64,000 bases of DNA from Spirochaetia bacterium. Lineage in GTDB: Bacteria > Spirochaetota > Spirochaetia > SZUA-6 > Bin103. The stretch is taken from positions 3,904,001 to 3,968,000 of the forward strand of contig OZ241907.1 of the NCBI GenBank assembly GCA_965203515.1, in the 5' to 3' direction. A model generated the notes under the pieces. It had not been told where the DNA came from. It saw nothing but the letters and a program-made list of their open reading frames with translations, and ran no database searches. Position 1 is the stretch's first letter. Every line of letters begins with the position of its first letter. A program made the position numbers and the translations under genes. Shown in pieces: positions 1-13,234 of this stretch.

Positions 1-2642
1 TCCTCGGCAGCCGGCGGGACGGCGGTCGCTGCCGCGGCGTCGGCCGCGGCGATGGCGCCCACGTCGACCGGCACCGGCCGGCGGACCTCCACGACGTTCG
101 GGTCCATGCCGCCCGGCATCGGCCCGATCATCTCCAGCCAACTACCGGTCTGACCCTTCACGTCCCCGCTCAGGTACAGCCGGTCGGCGGCGCGCGTAGC
201 CGCCACGTACAGCAGCCGGCGGTACTCGGCGGCGTCATCGCTCCGGTCCAGCGCGCGCAGGTAGCGGTACAGCCCCGGCCGGCGGCGCGCTTCGCCCAGG
301 GCGCCCGGGACAAGCGTCACGGCGATGCCGTGCGCGGGGCGCCAGAGCACCGCCTCGAAGCGTTCCGGGGCGCGCACATGCGCCTCCGGCACGAAGACGA
401 TCGGGAACTCCAGCCCCTTGGCGCCGTGGATGGTCAGGATGCGCACCGCGTCGGTCTGATCGATCACCGCCAGACCTTCCCGGTCGGCCAGCTCGTCGCG
501 CCGCCGGCGCAGGTAGTCGACCACCTCGTCGATCGAGCGTCCGGCCAGGTCGCGCGTGATCGCCACCAGCTTGCGGACGTTGGCCAGCGCCTGCTCGCCG
601 CCGTTCACGGCCGCCCACGCCGCTTCGAAGCCGGTCAGCTCCAGCGCCTGTTCGAGGAGCTTGTCAGCCGGGTCCAGCGGGACCATGCGGCGCAGTTCGT
701 CCAGCACGGCGGCAGCGTGGATGCAGCGGCTGCGGGCGTCGCCGTCCACGCCGTCGGGCGGCTCCCGCAACGCCCGCAGCCGGACCGGGCCGGTTGCGTG
801 ACAGCGCAGCAGCGTCCGGTCGTCGAGCATGAACAGCGGCGACCGCAACACGCCGGCCAGGGCGATCCCGTCGTCCGGCTCGGCCAGCCAGGCCAGCAGA
901 TTGATCAGGTCGCGCACCTCCTGGCGGGTGAAGAAGCCGGCGCCGGCCGGCGTGCCGTACGGCACGCCGCGGCTCTCCAACGCCTGCTCGAAGGCGTGCA
1001 CGTTGGCCAGCCGCCGCAGCAGGATGGCGACGTCGCGCGGCGCCGCGCCGCCGCGTAGCAGTGCCGCGATCTCGCGCGCTACCGCGTCCGCCTCCACGCG
1101 CCGCCGATCCTGGTCGCCGACCGCGGCGCCGTCCGGCGCGCGCTGGTCGATCGGCATAACGATCAGGTGGGGTCCGGGCCGGCCGGCCGGCCCGCGGCCG
1201 GTCATGCGCTGCATCGGCACCGCCTGCCGGCCGGTATGCCGGGCGGCCCGGTCCGAACCGGTTCCGTCCGCGAACAGTCGCTGGACAGCGAACAGCGGCT
1301 CGAACAGGTCGTTGCCGACCCGCACCAGCTCGTCGTGGGTGCGAAACGATCGCGTCAGGGAGTGCAGGCCGCCGCCGGCGCGCTCGATCCGTTCCCGGAA
1401 GCGGATGAAGTGGGCGACGTCGCTGCCGCGGAACCGGTAGATCGCCTGCTTGGCGTCGCCGACCAGGAAGAGGTTCGGCCGCGGCCCGCCGCCGTCGGTG
1501 AGCAGGCGCAGCAGCGTGATCTGCGCCTCGTTGACGTCCTGGACCTCGTCGACCATGACGTGCCGGAATCCGCGGCGGTAGCCGGCGGCGACCTCCGGGC
1601 GGCCGCGCAGCAGCCGGATCGCCTCGATCTCCAGGTCGAGGTAGTCACATCCGCCCAGCGCCGCCTTGCGCGTCCGGTAGCGGCGGCAGGCGTCGTCGAA
1701 CACGGCGCGCAGCGCCTCGGTCGTCTCCATCGCGGTCCGATCGATCGCTTCCCAGCGCGGCGCCGCTGCCAGCCGCCGCGCGATCTCGCGCACGGTCCGC
1801 AGGTCGCCCTTGACGCGGTCGAGGTCCCGCCAGTTGCGCTTGCTGCCCGCGCCGAGCTGGATCAGCCGGCTCGCGGCGGAGAGCGCCTCGACCAGTGCGC
1901 CGGGGTCCTGCGGCAGCGGTCTCCCCAGAGCGGCCAGCACCACCCGGACCCGCGCCGCCAGCGCGTCGCCGGCCGCGGCGGTCGCATGCTCCTGCCGTAT
2001 GGCGGCGACCGCGCGCTCCAGGTTGGGCAGTTCCGCGTCGACCGCGGCGCGCAACGCCTGGTCGAGCAGCGGCCGCACGCGGCGCTCCCGAGCATCGACC
2101 GTGGCGCCGGGGATGGCGGCGAAGGCGGCCTGCACCTCGTCGCGGCGTTCGATCATGCGCGGCAGCTGCTCGGTGATCTGGTACCCGCCCAGTTCCTGCA
2201 GCGCCCGGGCGCGGCCGTCGCCGGACTGCGCCGCGTCCTCCAAGGCGTCCATGGCGGCGCCGATCCGCTCGTGCTCGGCTTCGTCGTCGGCCAGGACGCG
2301 GCCGGCGGCGATCGTCCCGGCCGGCACCGGGTGCTCGCGCAGCATCCGCCGGCACAGCGCGTGGAGCGTGCCGATCACCGCTTGATCCAGGTCGCGGCGG
2401 TGGCCGGCCAACTCGGGCCGGTCGCGCACCGCGCGCCGAACCCGGTCGCGCATCTCGGTGGCGGCCGCGTCGGTGAAGGTGACCGCGGCGATCTCCGGGA
2501 TACGGCACTCGGTCAGCAGGGAGAGGTAGCGTTCCACCAGCACGCGGGTCTTGCCGCTGCCGGCGCCGGCGGAGACCAGGATGTCACGGCTGCGGTCGGC
2601 GACCACCGCCTGCTGCTCCGGCGTCAGTCCCAACGCTTCCAT
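1..2642 (-). CDS. addA: AddA/UvrD-like ATP-dependent helicase-nuclease subunit A (3' end runs off the window)
   Basis: Missing from the ORF track because it has no stop in the window. Manual translation from ATG 2642 gives MEALGLTPEQQAVVADRSRDILVSAGAGSGKTRVLV (Q motif + Walker A), then ITFTDAAA, GTLHA, MVDEVQD, VGDAKQAIYRFRG, LTIHGAKGLEFP and LLYVAATRA, i.e. SF1 motifs I-VI. Overlaps the addB-like stop. Confidence 0.85.
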   Translation of the reverse strand, partial: MEALGLTPEQQAVVADRSRDILVSAGAGSGKTRVLVERYLSLLTECRIPEIAAVTFTDAAATEMRDRVRRAVRDRPELAGHRRDLDQAVIGTLHALCRRMLREHPVPAGTIAAGRVLADDEAEHERIGAAMDALEDAAQSGDGRARALQELGGYQITEQLPRMIERRDEVQAAFAAIPGATVDARERRVRPLLDQALRAAVDAELPNLERAVAAIRQEHATAAAGDALAARVRVVLAALGRPLPQDPGALVEALSAASRLIQLGAGSKRNWRDLDRVKGDLRTVREIARRLAAAPRWEAIDRTAMETTEALRAVFDDACRRYRTRKAALGGCDYLDLEIEAIRLLRGRPEVAAGYRRGFRHVMVDEVQDVNEAQITLLRLLTDGGGPRPNLFLVGDAKQAIYRFRGSDVAHFIRFRERIERAGGGLHSLTRSFRTHDELVRVGNDLFEPLFAVQRLFADGTGSDRAARHTGRQAVPMQRMTGRGPAGRPGPHLIVMPIDQRAPDGAAVGDQDRRRVEADAVAREIAALLRGGAAPRDVAILLRRLANVHAFEQALESRGVPYGTPAGAGFFTRQEVRDLINLLAWLAEPDDGIALAGVLRSPLFMLDDRTLLRCHATGPVRLRALREPPDGVDGDARSRCIHAAAVLDELRRMVPLDPADKLLEQALELTGFEAAWAAVNGGEQALANVRKLVAITRDLAGRSIDEVVDYLRRRRDELADREGLAVIDQTDAVRILTIHGAKGLEFPIVFVPEAHVRAPERFEAVLWRPAHGIAVTLVPGALGEARRRPGLYRYLRALDRSDDAAEYRRLLYVAATRAADRLYLSGDVKGQTGSWLEMIGPMPGGMDPNVVEVRRPVPVDVGAIAAADAAAATAVPPAAE

Positions 2643-5518
2643 CGGCTGAACTGGTTGACGCGGCAGACGTGCCGGAACGAGCAATAGATAGGGCACTCCG
2701 GCACCTGCGGGTTGACGCGGAAGTCGCCGGCCCGGACCCCGGCGCGCACCTCCTCCGCGCGCAACAGGGCCATGTCGATGATCTGCCGGTCGTCGGGGTC
2801 GTCCGAATCGAGTTGTCGCGGCGCGCCGTGCCCGCGCATCGACGCGTAGCGGGCGATGACCCGCTCTTGCTGCGCGTGCTCGCGCGCCGCGTGGACGTAG
2901 AGCGGGAGCTGCAGGCGGAGGCCGGAGACCAGCTCCTTACGGCTGACGGCGCCGCTCTTGTAATCGACGGCCACGGCCAGCTCCGGCCCGGTATCCAGGC
3001 GGTCGAGTCGGGCCCGCAGCGCCATCGGCGGCTGCAGCGGCAGGGTGGCGGTCAGCTCCAACTCGGTGCCGCGCAGCGCGGTGACGCCGTCGGCCGCCGA
3101 CCGCTCCGCCTCGCCGCGAAGCAGCGCCTCCAGACGCTCCAGCGCCGGTTCGCACTCCAGCTCCCACAGTCCCACCCGGCCGAATCCGTGCTCGGCCGGC
3201 GCCCGTTGCCAGATCGCCCGGCCGCCGCTGCGCAGGCGCTCGACCGCCGCATCCACGGTGTCCGGCGCCAGCGGCCGTTGCGCGGAGATCAACTCGCCGA
3301 GGGCGTCCTCCAGCATGGCGTGCAGCACGGTGCCGCGCGTCGCCGCGTCGGCGGTCTCCATCTCCTCGGCCAGCTCGTGCAGATTCAGGGCGTACCGGCC
3401 GAAGAACTGGAACGCGCAGGTCCGGTAGCTCTCCAGCCGCGACGCGCTCCACACCGCTTCGGCGCCGGTCAGATCGGGCCGCAGGTCGGCGGTCACGCCG
3501 CCTTCGTACTCCCCGGCGTGCTCGAAGGAACGGCGCCGCTGCTCCATCCGCGCCGCCAGGCGCACCACCTGCCACGCGGCGGTCGGCCGCGGCCGCGCGC
3601 GGCTGCCGCGTCGCCATGCGGTCGCGCAGGCGATGGCGAGCTCCCGCGGCGAGGCGGCCTCCTCAGGCTCCGGGCCCCGGTTCTCCGTGACTGCGGCGCT
3701 CTCCACCGCGTCGAAGTAGATCGAGGCGGCGACCTGCCGGCCGCGATCGTCCAGCCGCGTCCTCCACGCGGTCAGCTCGACGTCGGCGCGGCTGAGCACG
3801 GACCGCCACAACTCGTCCTCGCTCGCCTCGGGCGGCGGCGGCAGCGCCAACCCGGCGGCGGCCAGCGCCCGGCGCGCCGGCGGGGAGAGCAGGATCGGCG
3901 CCGCGCGCGGCGCCGGGAACTCGCCTTCCACCAGACCGCCCGCCTCCAGGTATGCCAACCGAAGGCCGGCCAGGGCGCTCATCGGCGCCAGCAGCACGCC
4001 GCCGGCTTCGCGCAGCAGCGCCGCCGGCGCCGCCAAGCGGTCCAGCAGCCGATCGACGAACGCCGCGAACGGCACCGGTCCCTCCTGCAGGACATCGTCG
4101 GTGACGGCGATGTCTTCGAGGTGCCCGCGGACCGCGTCGATCTCGGCGATGAGCCCGGGCTGTTTGCGGACGGCGGGGTGGATGAGCGGCGGCCGTCCGA
4201 ACAGCGCGGCCGACACCTGCCGGGCGTGCTCGCCGGCCGGCGCGGGCGAGGGTTCCAGAAGCGCGTACAGACAGGAGAGCGCCGCGCCCAGGCCGCTCGC
4301 CTCCATGCCGGGCAGCGCCGGGGCCGGTTCCTTCTCCTCCGCTCGGAGAGCTGCCGCCAAGCGGTCCAGGGCGTCGTGTCCGGCCCACAGGTGATGCCGC
4401 CGCCCGCGCCGGGCGATGCGGGCGACGGCCGGCGGGTCGAGATGCCAGCGTTTCCGGTTGGTGAAGCCGCTGCCGAGCACCGTGATCAGGTCGCGGAGCC
4501 GCCATCCTTCCGCCGGCAGCCGCAGCAGCCGCCGTATCCAGACGCCGAGCGGACGATTGGCCAGCGGTTCGCCGGCCACGGGATCGAGCGGCAGGTCGTA
4601 TTCGGCGAACACCTGCCGCGCCAGGCCCAGGACCGGGCCGAGGGTTCGGAATGTCACCCCGCAGTCGGACGGCCGCAGGCGCCGGTCTTCGGTCAGGCGG
4701 CGCTTGATACCCCGCGCCATGGCGCGGAGCTGCGCTTCACGGTCGGCGGCCACGCAGCCGCGCACGGACCGGCCGGGCACGCCTCCCCCGGCCGGCTCGA
4801 TCGCCGCGTCGGGGAACGACCGGCGCAGCCGCTCGTAGGAGTGGCGCGCGCGTTCGCCGGCATCGGGATCGAACGCCAGCAGCAGGTCGCGGCCGCGGGC
4901 GAGCATGGCCAGCAGGCGCAACTCGCCGCCGTGGAAGTGCGGGAAGCCGTCCACGACCAGGAAGGGCGGTACGGACGCATCTCCGGCGGCCGCGGCAGCG
5001 GCCGGCAGCGCCGCCGGCGGAAGCCAGCGATGGGACCGCAGCGCGGCGCGATAGGCGTCGTAGATCGCCGCGACCGCCCGGAGCTGCGGATCATCGGTCC
5101 GGGCGGCGGCCTCCGTGAAGCGCTCCGCGGGAACGTCCTCGGCCAGCAGCTCTTCCACCGCCGCCCACAGCATCGGCAGCGCGGCGGACGCGCTGAGCGG
5201 CGCGAAGTGCGCCGCGGCGCCGGCGGCTATCTGCCGGCCCGTGACGCTGCCGAGCAGCTCCCGCGCGGCGCCGGCCGGGACCGCTGTCAGCTCCGAGAAC
5301 ATGCGGGCCACGCCGCGCGGGGTCGCCACCTGCAGGTCGAGCGCCACGCCGCACGCGGCCAGCAGCCGCCGGCGGAACTGGTCGCCGTGGCGTACCGTGG
5401 GCACCAGCACCAGGGTCGCGGCGAACGGATCGCGCCGATACCGGTCCGCCGCCCGGCGGAGGAGCGCCTCGGTCTTGCCGGACCCGGCCGGCCCGACGAT
5501 GAAGACAGGGGGTGCGAT
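2624..5518 (-). CDS. addB: AddB-like PD-(D/E)XK nuclease with N-terminal Walker A and Fe-S cysteines
   Basis: The frame of ORF 2624..5410 stays open upstream to TAG at 5531-5533 and includes IVGPAGSGKT. The C-terminus has WSASRLESYRTC, RGTVLH, RLDRLD, VDYKSG, LQLPLY and CPIYCSFRHVC. Start codon uncertain (ATC at 5518 proposed). Confidence 0.8.
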   Translation of the reverse strand: MAPPVFIVGPAGSGKTEALLRRAADRYRRDPFAATLVLVPTVRHGDQFRRRLLAACGVALDLQVATPRGVARMFSELTAVPAGAARELLGSVTGRQIAAGAAAHFAPLSASAALPMLWAAVEELLAEDVPAERFTEAAARTDDPQLRAVAAIYDAYRAALRSHRWLPPAALPAAAAAAGDASVPPFLVVDGFPHFHGGELRLLAMLARGRDLLLAFDPDAGERARHSYERLRRSFPDAAIEPAGGGVPGRSVRGCVAADREAQLRAMARGIKRRLTEDRRLRPSDCGVTFRTLGPVLGLARQVFAEYDLPLDPVAGEPLANRPLGVWIRRLLRLPAEGWRLRDLITVLGSGFTNRKRWHLDPPAVARIARRGRRHHLWAGHDALDRLAAALRAEEKEPAPALPGMEASGLGAALSCLYALLEPSPAPAGEHARQVSAALFGRPPLIHPAVRKQPGLIAEIDAVRGHLEDIAVTDDVLQEGPVPFAAFVDRLLDRLAAPAALLREAGGVLLAPMSALAGLRLAYLEAGGLVEGEFPAPRAAPILLSPPARRALAAAGLALPPPPEASEDELWRSVLSRADVELTAWRTRLDDRGRQVAASIYFDAVESAAVTENRGPEPEEAASPRELAIACATAWRRGSRARPRPTAAWQVVRLAARMEQRRRSFEHAGEYEGGVTADLRPDLTGAEAVWSASRLESYRTCAFQFFGRYALNLHELAEEMETADAATRGTVLHAMLEDALGELISAQRPLAPDTVDAAVERLRSGGRAIWQRAPAEHGFGRVGLWELECEPALERLEALLRGEAERSAADGVTALRGTELELTATLPLQPPMALRARLDRLDTGPELAVAVDYKSGAVSRKELVSGLRLQLPLYVHAAREHAQQERVIARYASMRGHGAPRQLDSDDPDDRQIIDMALLRAEEVRAGVRAGDFRVNPQVPECPIYCSFRHVCRVNQFSRWKRWD

Positions 5519-5599
5519 GGCGTCAGTATACTACCGCCGTGACCGAACGCCGCGCCGTACCGCCGCCGGTGAAGCGGCGTGCGTAACGTAAACGAACCC

Positions 5600-6499
5600 A
5601 TGCAACGGCAGCCGGAGCGCACGCAGCCGGAGCAGGGCGTGTTGTGGCCGCGGGAACGGCCGCGGCCGGAGGATCTGCCGCTACTCGCCTGCAGCGACAA
5701 CCTCGACTTCATGCGCGGGCTGCCCGGCGCGCGCTTCAAGCTGATCGTCACCTCGCCGCCGTACAACCTGGGCAAGGAATACGAGTCCAGGACCCCGCTC
5801 GACGCTTGGCTCGAAACCCAGGAATGCGTGGTCGGGGAGTGCGTGCGGCTCCTGCATCCGCAAGGGTCGATCTGCTGGCAGGTGGGCAACTACGTGCAGG
5901 ACGGCGAGATCGTTCCGCTCGACACCGTCCTCTACCCGCTGTTCCGGCGCCGCGGCCTGCGCCTGCGCAACCGCATCATCTGGCACTTCGGCCATGGTCT
6001 GCACTGCAGCCGGCGGCTGTCCGGCCGCTACGAGACGATCAACTGGTGGACCGGAAGCGACGACTACACCTGGAATCTCGATCCGATCCGCGTCCCTGCC
6101 AAGTACCCCGGCAAGCGCCACTTCAAGGGACCCAACGCCGGCGAGCTGTCCGGCAATCCGAAGGGCAAGAACCCCAGCGACGTGTGGGAGTTCCCGAACG
6201 TGAAGAGCAACCATCCGGAGAAGACGATCCATCCGTGCCAGTTTCCCGTGGAGCTGGTCGAGCGTCTGGTCCTGTCCATGACGAACGAGGGAGACGCCGT
6301 GATCGACCCGTACATGGGCGTGGGGTCGTCGATCATCGCCGCCCTGATGCACGGCCGCACCGCCTGCGGCTGCGACGTCGTACCGGAGTACGTGGAGATC
6401 GCCCGACGCCGCGTGCGGGAGTGGTACGCGGGGACCCTCCGCACCAGGCCGATGGGGAAGCCGATCTATGACCCCACGCTTCCCAACGGCGGCCACTGA
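5600..6499 (+). CDS. Site-specific DNA methyltransferase, beta class, probably N4-cytosine
   Basis: Catalytic TSPPYN precedes SAM-binding DPYMGVGSS; HPCQFP motif; TGATG coupling to the endonuclease gene. Confidence 0.9.
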   Translation: MQRQPERTQPEQGVLWPRERPRPEDLPLLACSDNLDFMRGLPGARFKLIVTSPPYNLGKEYESRTPLDAWLETQECVVGECVRLLHPQGSICWQVGNYVQDGEIVPLDTVLYPLFRRRGLRLRNRIIWHFGHGLHCSRRLSGRYETINWWTGSDDYTWNLDPIRVPAKYPGKRHFKGPNAGELSGNPKGKNPSDVWEFPNVKSNHPEKTIHPCQFPVELVERLVLSMTNEGDAVIDPYMGVGSSIIAALMHGRTACGCDVVPEYVEIARRRVREWYAGTLRTRPMGKPIYDPTLPNGGH

Positions 6500-7110
6500 T
6501 GCGGATCGACGCCCGCTACTCTCACCTGAACGGCGAAGAATACCTGCTCGTGCACCGCAAGCATCTATGGGACGAAGTACAGGACGTGATAGCCGGAGTC
6601 GATGCCTGGGCCTGCCGGACCAAGGTATCGAGGGAGCGGACCATGAAAGGCAGGAGGTTGTTCTCTCCACCGGACATGAATCAGGCGTTCAAGGACGGAC
6701 TTCAGGCGCGCGGATGGAGCGAGCGCAGGAAGACGTTCTGGGTAACCGCAGACGAGCGGCTGCTGCGCCGAATCCACGGAATGCCGGAGGACGAGCAGAA
6801 GAACGCCATCCAACAGGCTGGTCATGAACCGATCATGTCCTACAACCAGACCGACTTCGTGAAGGATCGAGTCGCCGTCGAGGTCCAGTTCGGCAAGTAT
6901 GCGTTCGTCGCTCATGATCTGTTCGTGAAGCATCTCAGCTTCTACGTCTCAGATGTTATCGATGTGGGAATCGAGATCCTGCCGATGAAGAGTCTGGAGC
7001 GAGAGATGTCATCGGGAGTTCCGTACTATGAGCGAGACCTGCTGAACGTGCTTCGCCAGGGCCGCGGCGTCCCCGCCGTTCCGCTGGTGCTGGTCGGAGT
7101 CGCGCCTTGA
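6499..7110 (+). CDS. BglII/BstYI-family type II restriction endonuclease
   Basis: YNQTDFVKDRVAVEVQFGKY catalytic D...ExQ motif typical of the BglII/BstYI family; 203 aa; coupled to the MTase. Confidence 0.85.
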   Translation: MRIDARYSHLNGEEYLLVHRKHLWDEVQDVIAGVDAWACRTKVSRERTMKGRRLFSPPDMNQAFKDGLQARGWSERRKTFWVTADERLLRRIHGMPEDEQKNAIQQAGHEPIMSYNQTDFVKDRVAVEVQFGKYAFVAHDLFVKHLSFYVSDVIDVGIEILPMKSLEREMSSGVPYYERDLLNVLRQGRGVPAVPLVLVGVAP

Positions 7111-7316
7111 GAGCGGCCGGGCTTGCATGCCCGATCTACTAGCTCCGCACGAGTCGGTTCGTGTCGGGAGGGTCGGCATCGTTCGATAACTTCGCCACGG
7201 CATCAATGTACACCATCGCCATGCTCAGGAAACACTCGAATGCGGCACGCGATCATCACCAACGACACCGTCACGGAGGACGCACTTCGGTCGAATCGAC
7301 GCCCGGCACGCCGGAC

Positions 7317-10277
<2,961 letters not shown>

Positions 10278-11075
10278 CGCCGTCGACGGCGCTGCCGCGG
10301 CACAGATACGCCGGATGGTCCTCCTTCAGGATGCGGGTGGCGGTGGGAATGTACCGCAGGGTCAGGCCGATGCGCCGCCGTTCGGACCGGTTGGCTTCCG
10401 AGCCGTGGATGAGGTACGGGTCGTGCAGCGACACGCCGCCGGCCGGCACGATCACGTCGATCGCGGCCGATTCGTCGACCGCCCGGTCGATCCTCGACTG
10501 CAGGACGCCGCCCTCCTCGCGCTCCGACCGCCGGTGCCGGTGGAGCCGCTTCCTTCGATGCGAGCCCGGAATCACGCGCATGCAGCCGTTCTCCGGCGTG
10601 GAGTCGTCCCCCGCCAGCCAGATCGTGATGACCTCCATCGGCTCCAGCGGCCAGTAGTTGCCGTCCTGATGCCAGAGCACCGGCCGGCCGCTGCGCGGCG
10701 GCTTGCTGATGTAGTGGGCGGCGAACAGGGCGATGTCCGGTCCCAGAAACGGCTCGATCACGTCGATCAACCGCGGATCGGTGCAGAGCCGGATCCAGAA
10801 CGGATCGTCCACGATCAGGTGGTGGTGGAACTGCTCGGGCCGCAGGTCGGGGCGCCGGCGCTCCAGCCACTCGACGTGGCCCTGCACCTCCGCCACCAGT
10901 TCCCGATCGATCACCTGCGGGATCACGACGTAGCCGTCCCGTTCGTAGCGGCTGACGATCTCACCGCTCGTCATGGCGCCATCGTGCACGGCGCACTCAC
11001 GCCGGGCAAACCCCGCCGGGCAAACCCGCCGACTTGCCGCCGGCGCGGCCGATCCGGCAGACTCCACGTACCGCC

Positions 11076-11375
11076 ATGTGTCGCAGCATTCGCCCGCTCC
11101 ATAACTTCGCCCCGCCGGCCACCGCCGATGAGATGCGCGCCGCGGCGCTGCAGTACGTGCGCAAGATCAGCGGCGCCGTCAGGCCGTCCAAGGCCAACGC
11201 CCGCGCCTTCGAGCGCGCGGTCGACGAGGTCGCGGTCGCCACGCGGAGGCTGCTCGACGCGCTGGTGACCGCGGCGCCGCCGCGCACCCGTGAGGCGGAG
11301 GCCGCGAAGGCGCGGCGGCGCGCGGCGCAACGCTTCGGCCCGGCCGTCGCCCGGCCGGCCGCGGGCCGCCGATGA
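11076..11375 (+). CDS. DUF2277 family protein
   Basis: MCRSIRPLHNFAPPAT..E.RAAALQYVRKISG signature. Confidence 0.8.
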   Translation: MCRSIRPLHNFAPPATADEMRAAALQYVRKISGAVRPSKANARAFERAVDEVAVATRRLLDALVTAAPPRTREAEAAKARRRAAQRFGPAVARPAAGRR

Positions 11376-12301
11376 CGTCGTCGGCGCCGGCAGTCGCCGT
11401 CGATCTGACTGCCGCCGACTTGACGGTATCGGTCGACCGTCCGGACCCGGTCAGAGCCGCGGCGATCTTCCGGGAGCATGGCTGCCTGGTGGTGCGCGGC
11501 CTGATGCGCGCGCACGTCGCCGCCATGTACCGGGACATCATGGCCACGGTCGACGACGCGATCGCCGACCTGGAGCGGGCGCGGAAGGTGCCGGAGGGAT
11601 GGGTGGTGCCGAACGGCAGCCTGTTCCTGCCGGCGCCCGCGCACTACGACCGGGACAAGCAGATCATGGTGGTCGGCATCGACTACACCACCAGCGCCGC
11701 GTTCCTGGCCGCCGCGCTCGACCCGACCGCCGTCGACATCGTGGAAGCGATCATCGGGCCGCAGATCGAGCTGTTCGGCCAGGGCCAGGCGCTGGTCAAG
11801 GAGCCGGTCGGCGGCCATCCCAAGCACCTCCATCAGGATTCCGCCTACTTCGAACACCGCTACGGCGGCCCGGTGGCGATCCTCAGCTACGCCGTCGATA
11901 CCGATCTGCGCAACGGTGCGCTGCACGTGGTGCCCGGCAGCCATCGGCTGGGACAACTCCCTCACGTCGACACCTTCTCCCATCTGGGGCTGGACGAACG
12001 GCAGTGGCCCTGGGAGAAGGCGCTGCCGATCGAGGGTGCGGCCGGTGATTCGATCTTCTTCAACGTCAAGACCGTGCACGGTTCCAAACCCAACTACGGG
12101 GACGAGCCGCGTCCCGTCTTCATCATCCGCTACCGCCACCCCGACGATTACACGGTCATCCGCGCCACCCGCACGGAGGTGCGCGCCGAGGCGGAGAAAC
12201 AGGCGCCGGCAGCGACGCGCGCGGACGATCAGCGCGGGCTCATGGTGCGAGGCTTCCGCCACACCGACTCGAAGAGCGCCGTGCAGCGCGCGCGGGCGTG
12301 A
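11372..12301 (+). CDS. PhyH-family dioxygenase
   Basis: HQDSAY, NGALHVVPGSH, VHGSKPN; ATGA overlap with the upstream gene. Confidence 0.88.
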   Translation: MTSSAPAVAVDLTAADLTVSVDRPDPVRAAAIFREHGCLVVRGLMRAHVAAMYRDIMATVDDAIADLERARKVPEGWVVPNGSLFLPAPAHYDRDKQIMVVGIDYTTSAAFLAAALDPTAVDIVEAIIGPQIELFGQGQALVKEPVGGHPKHLHQDSAYFEHRYGGPVAILSYAVDTDLRNGALHVVPGSHRLGQLPHVDTFSHLGLDERQWPWEKALPIEGAAGDSIFFNVKTVHGSKPNYGDEPRPVFIIRYRHPDDYTVIRATRTEVRAEAEKQAPAATRADDQRGLMVRGFRHTDSKSAVQRARA

Positions 12302-13086
12302 GGGCGATGGCCGAGCGGCCGACCGCTTCCGAGCGGTTCTTCTTCGACACCAACGGCTATCTGGTGCTGGATGGCGTGCTCGGCCCCGACGACGTCGCCA
12401 GGCTGCGCGCCGCGCTGCAGGCGGCCGTCGAGCGGCGCCGCGCGCTGGCGCGGACCGGCGGGGAGGTCTTCCGCGCCAGCCAGAACCTGGAAAACGGCAC
12501 GCGCATCTTCTATCTGCTGGCCGAGGACGATCTGTTCCTGGACATGATGGACCTGCCGGCGGTCATGCCGTACGTCACCGGGCTGCTCAACGAGGCGCCG
12601 CACTTCCACGCCTCCGACGCGTTCTGGGAGCACGGCGCCAGCGCCCATCGGCCCGGCTGGCACATCGACGGCGCCGACGCCGGCTACCGCCGGCTCGGCC
12701 CGTACATCCCGTTGATGCAGCTCAAGATCGCCTACTTCCTGTCGGACATGAGCGCCGCCGACCAGGGTAACCTGACGGTGGTGCCGGGGTCGCACCGCGC
12801 GCAGGCAGCGCCGGACGAGCGGGACCTGCAAGGGTTCGAGTCGATGCCCGGGGCAGTGCAGCTCCGCTGCCGGCAGGGGTCCTGCGCGATGTTCCATAAC
12901 GCGCTCTGGCATACGCGCGGCCCGGCGCGGCGCGTCGACGGCGAGCGGATCATCCTCTACTACGCCTACGAGCATCCGTGGATGGCGGCGAGCCCGGAGC
13001 CGACATCCTATCCGCCGCGTTTCTACGCAGCGCTGTCGCCGGAGCGCAGGCGGTTCTTTCACCCGGTGGTGCTGCCCAAGGAATGA
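12298..13086 (+). CDS. PhyH-family dioxygenase
   Basis: FFDTNGYLVL, WHID, GNLTVVPGSH, LWH. Start is GTG 12298 or ATG 12307. Confidence 0.85.
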   Translation: MRAMAERPTASERFFFDTNGYLVLDGVLGPDDVARLRAALQAAVERRRALARTGGEVFRASQNLENGTRIFYLLAEDDLFLDMMDLPAVMPYVTGLLNEAPHFHASDAFWEHGASAHRPGWHIDGADAGYRRLGPYIPLMQLKIAYFLSDMSAADQGNLTVVPGSHRAQAAPDERDLQGFESMPGAVQLRCRQGSCAMFHNALWHTRGPARRVDGERIILYYAYEHPWMAASPEPTSYPPRFYAALSPERRRFFHPVVLPKE

Positions 13087-13234
13087 AACCGGATTCCGGT
13101 CCCCGCCGGCGCCGACCCCGCCGGCGCCCACCCCGCCGACGCCGGTCGGGCTTGTACGGTCCGCCGGAGCGGACGATATTTGCAGGTGTCCGCAGCGTCC
13201 GGAGACGGGCGACCGGAACGTGAGGAGTAACAAC

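Noticed and set aside
2669..5542. 957-aa plus-strand ORF, and other long antisense ORFs (7203..10241, 22609..24750, 29967..31820, 55004..57070)
   Set aside because: Shadow frames of real genes on the opposite strand; expected in high-GC DNA; no recognisable motifs.
7111..7316. AT-richer spacer between the endonuclease and DUF1156 genes as a gene or ncRNA
   Set aside because: Only short open frames with no recognisable motif; may be a gene remnant, but I cannot support a call.
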